DNA of 7,490 bases. It comes from Octopus sinensis. Lineage: Eukaryota. Both the position numbers and the translations under genes were made by a program. This document shows, in pieces, positions 6,766-7,490 of the stretch (the stretch's first letter is position 1; the number at the start of each line of letters is the position of its first letter). The notes under the pieces are model-generated. The model was given only the letters and a program-made list of their open reading frames with translations, searched no databases and had not been told where the DNA came from. The DNA lies in the NCBI RefSeq assembly GCF_006345805.1, contig NW_021828701.1, positions 1 through 7,490 of the forward strand, given 5' to 3'.

Positions 6766-7085
6766 GCGACGTCGTCGTCATCATCATCATGCGTCGTCTT
6801 CGTCTTCATCGTCATCATCATCATCATCTAAGTCGTTGTCATCAACATCAGTGTTGTCGTCGTCGTCATTATCATCATCATCATCATCATCGCCATCATC
6901 ATCATCATCGTCGTCGTCGTCATCATCATCATCACCATCATCACCATAATCATCATTGTCGTCGTCGTCATGTTTGTCTTGGTCCTCTTCAATGTCATCC
7001 TCCTCCTCCTCCATTTCCTCCCCTACCTCCTCCGCCCCCTTCCTCCTCTTCGACATCATCATCATCATCATCGTCGTCGTCATCT
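6165..7085. repeat. Large compound trinucleotide microsatellite (GAT/GGT, TAG, GGT, CAT/CGT, CCT) with a non-repetitive island at ~6500-6640
   Basis: Read directly; accounts for the poly-S/V/H/D ORFs in several frames on both strands. Confidence 0.9.
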
Positions 7086-7162
7086 TTTTCCCGCTTCTTT
7101 TTTCTTTTTCGTCATCTTCATTTTCTATTCCTCACCCCTTACCAAACTCCACCTTGCTTGCT

Positions 7163-7193
<31 letters not shown>

Positions 7194-7325
7194 ATCTATC
7201 TATATGTCTATCTTTCTCTCCCTCTCTTACCCACTCACCCTCCTTTTGTCCATCACGCCCATCTCTCTCACCAGAACCCTCCAAACCCTCCCACTCCCCG
7301 CTCCACCCCCTCTCGCATCCACCCT
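7085..7325. repeat. Polypyrimidine tract including (CT)n at 7169-7193
   Basis: Strongly C/T-biased plus strand. Confidence 0.9.
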
Positions 7326-7490
7326 CAAAATAGACGGAGATGACCTAAAATTACTCTTAATAAAAAGCCATGTTACCTGTCTTTCTTGCACCAAATTCTA
7401 TTAGAGACTACAGCTACACCCTTATCATTAAGGCTTTTTGTGGCAAGATCGACCTATTGTCAAGACCCTTTTCTCTTCTAAATTGACTCC

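Noticed and set aside
6245-7404. Long ORFs up to 237 aa with poly-S/V/H/D, including an acidic D/E-rich minus-strand ORF
   Set aside because: Several frames on both strands are open simultaneously because of trinucleotide repeats. There are no recognisable domains and no convincing exon structure.
7325-7404. GDDLKL peptide resembling an RT YADDLKL motif
   Set aside because: No flanking RT motifs in any frame.
1-7490. CRISPR array, rRNA or genuine tRNA genes
   Set aside because: No regularly spaced repeat-spacer units. The tRNA-like A/B boxes belong to SINE heads without a full cloverleaf.

Overview
Eukaryotic, AT-rich non-coding DNA with no intact protein-coding gene. All ORFs in the supplied track are microsatellite read-throughs or unsupported. 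The repeat families look like those of octopus/cephalopod genomes; this is from memory, not a search. The window contains: (i) a decayed R4/Dong-clade non-LTR retrotransposon on the minus strand (~327-1417), internally deleted and carrying a short inverted RT segment at its 5' end; (ii) two tRNA-derived SINEs with perfect 16-17 bp target-site duplications, nested in or next to that LINE's 3' end, plus a third, truncated relative at 5871-5978; (iii) two fragments of a second SINE family; (iv) two related plus-strand repeats, each with a minimal type I hammerhead-ribozyme motif of the kind found in Penelope-like retroelements. The first motif (3846-3880) has an intact core and lies just downstream of a 78-bp zero-spacer palindrome. 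The second (5593-5628) has a compensatory helix I change but a mutated core; (v) many simple repeats. The hammerhead/palindrome element and the LINE 5' inversion are the most interesting signals.
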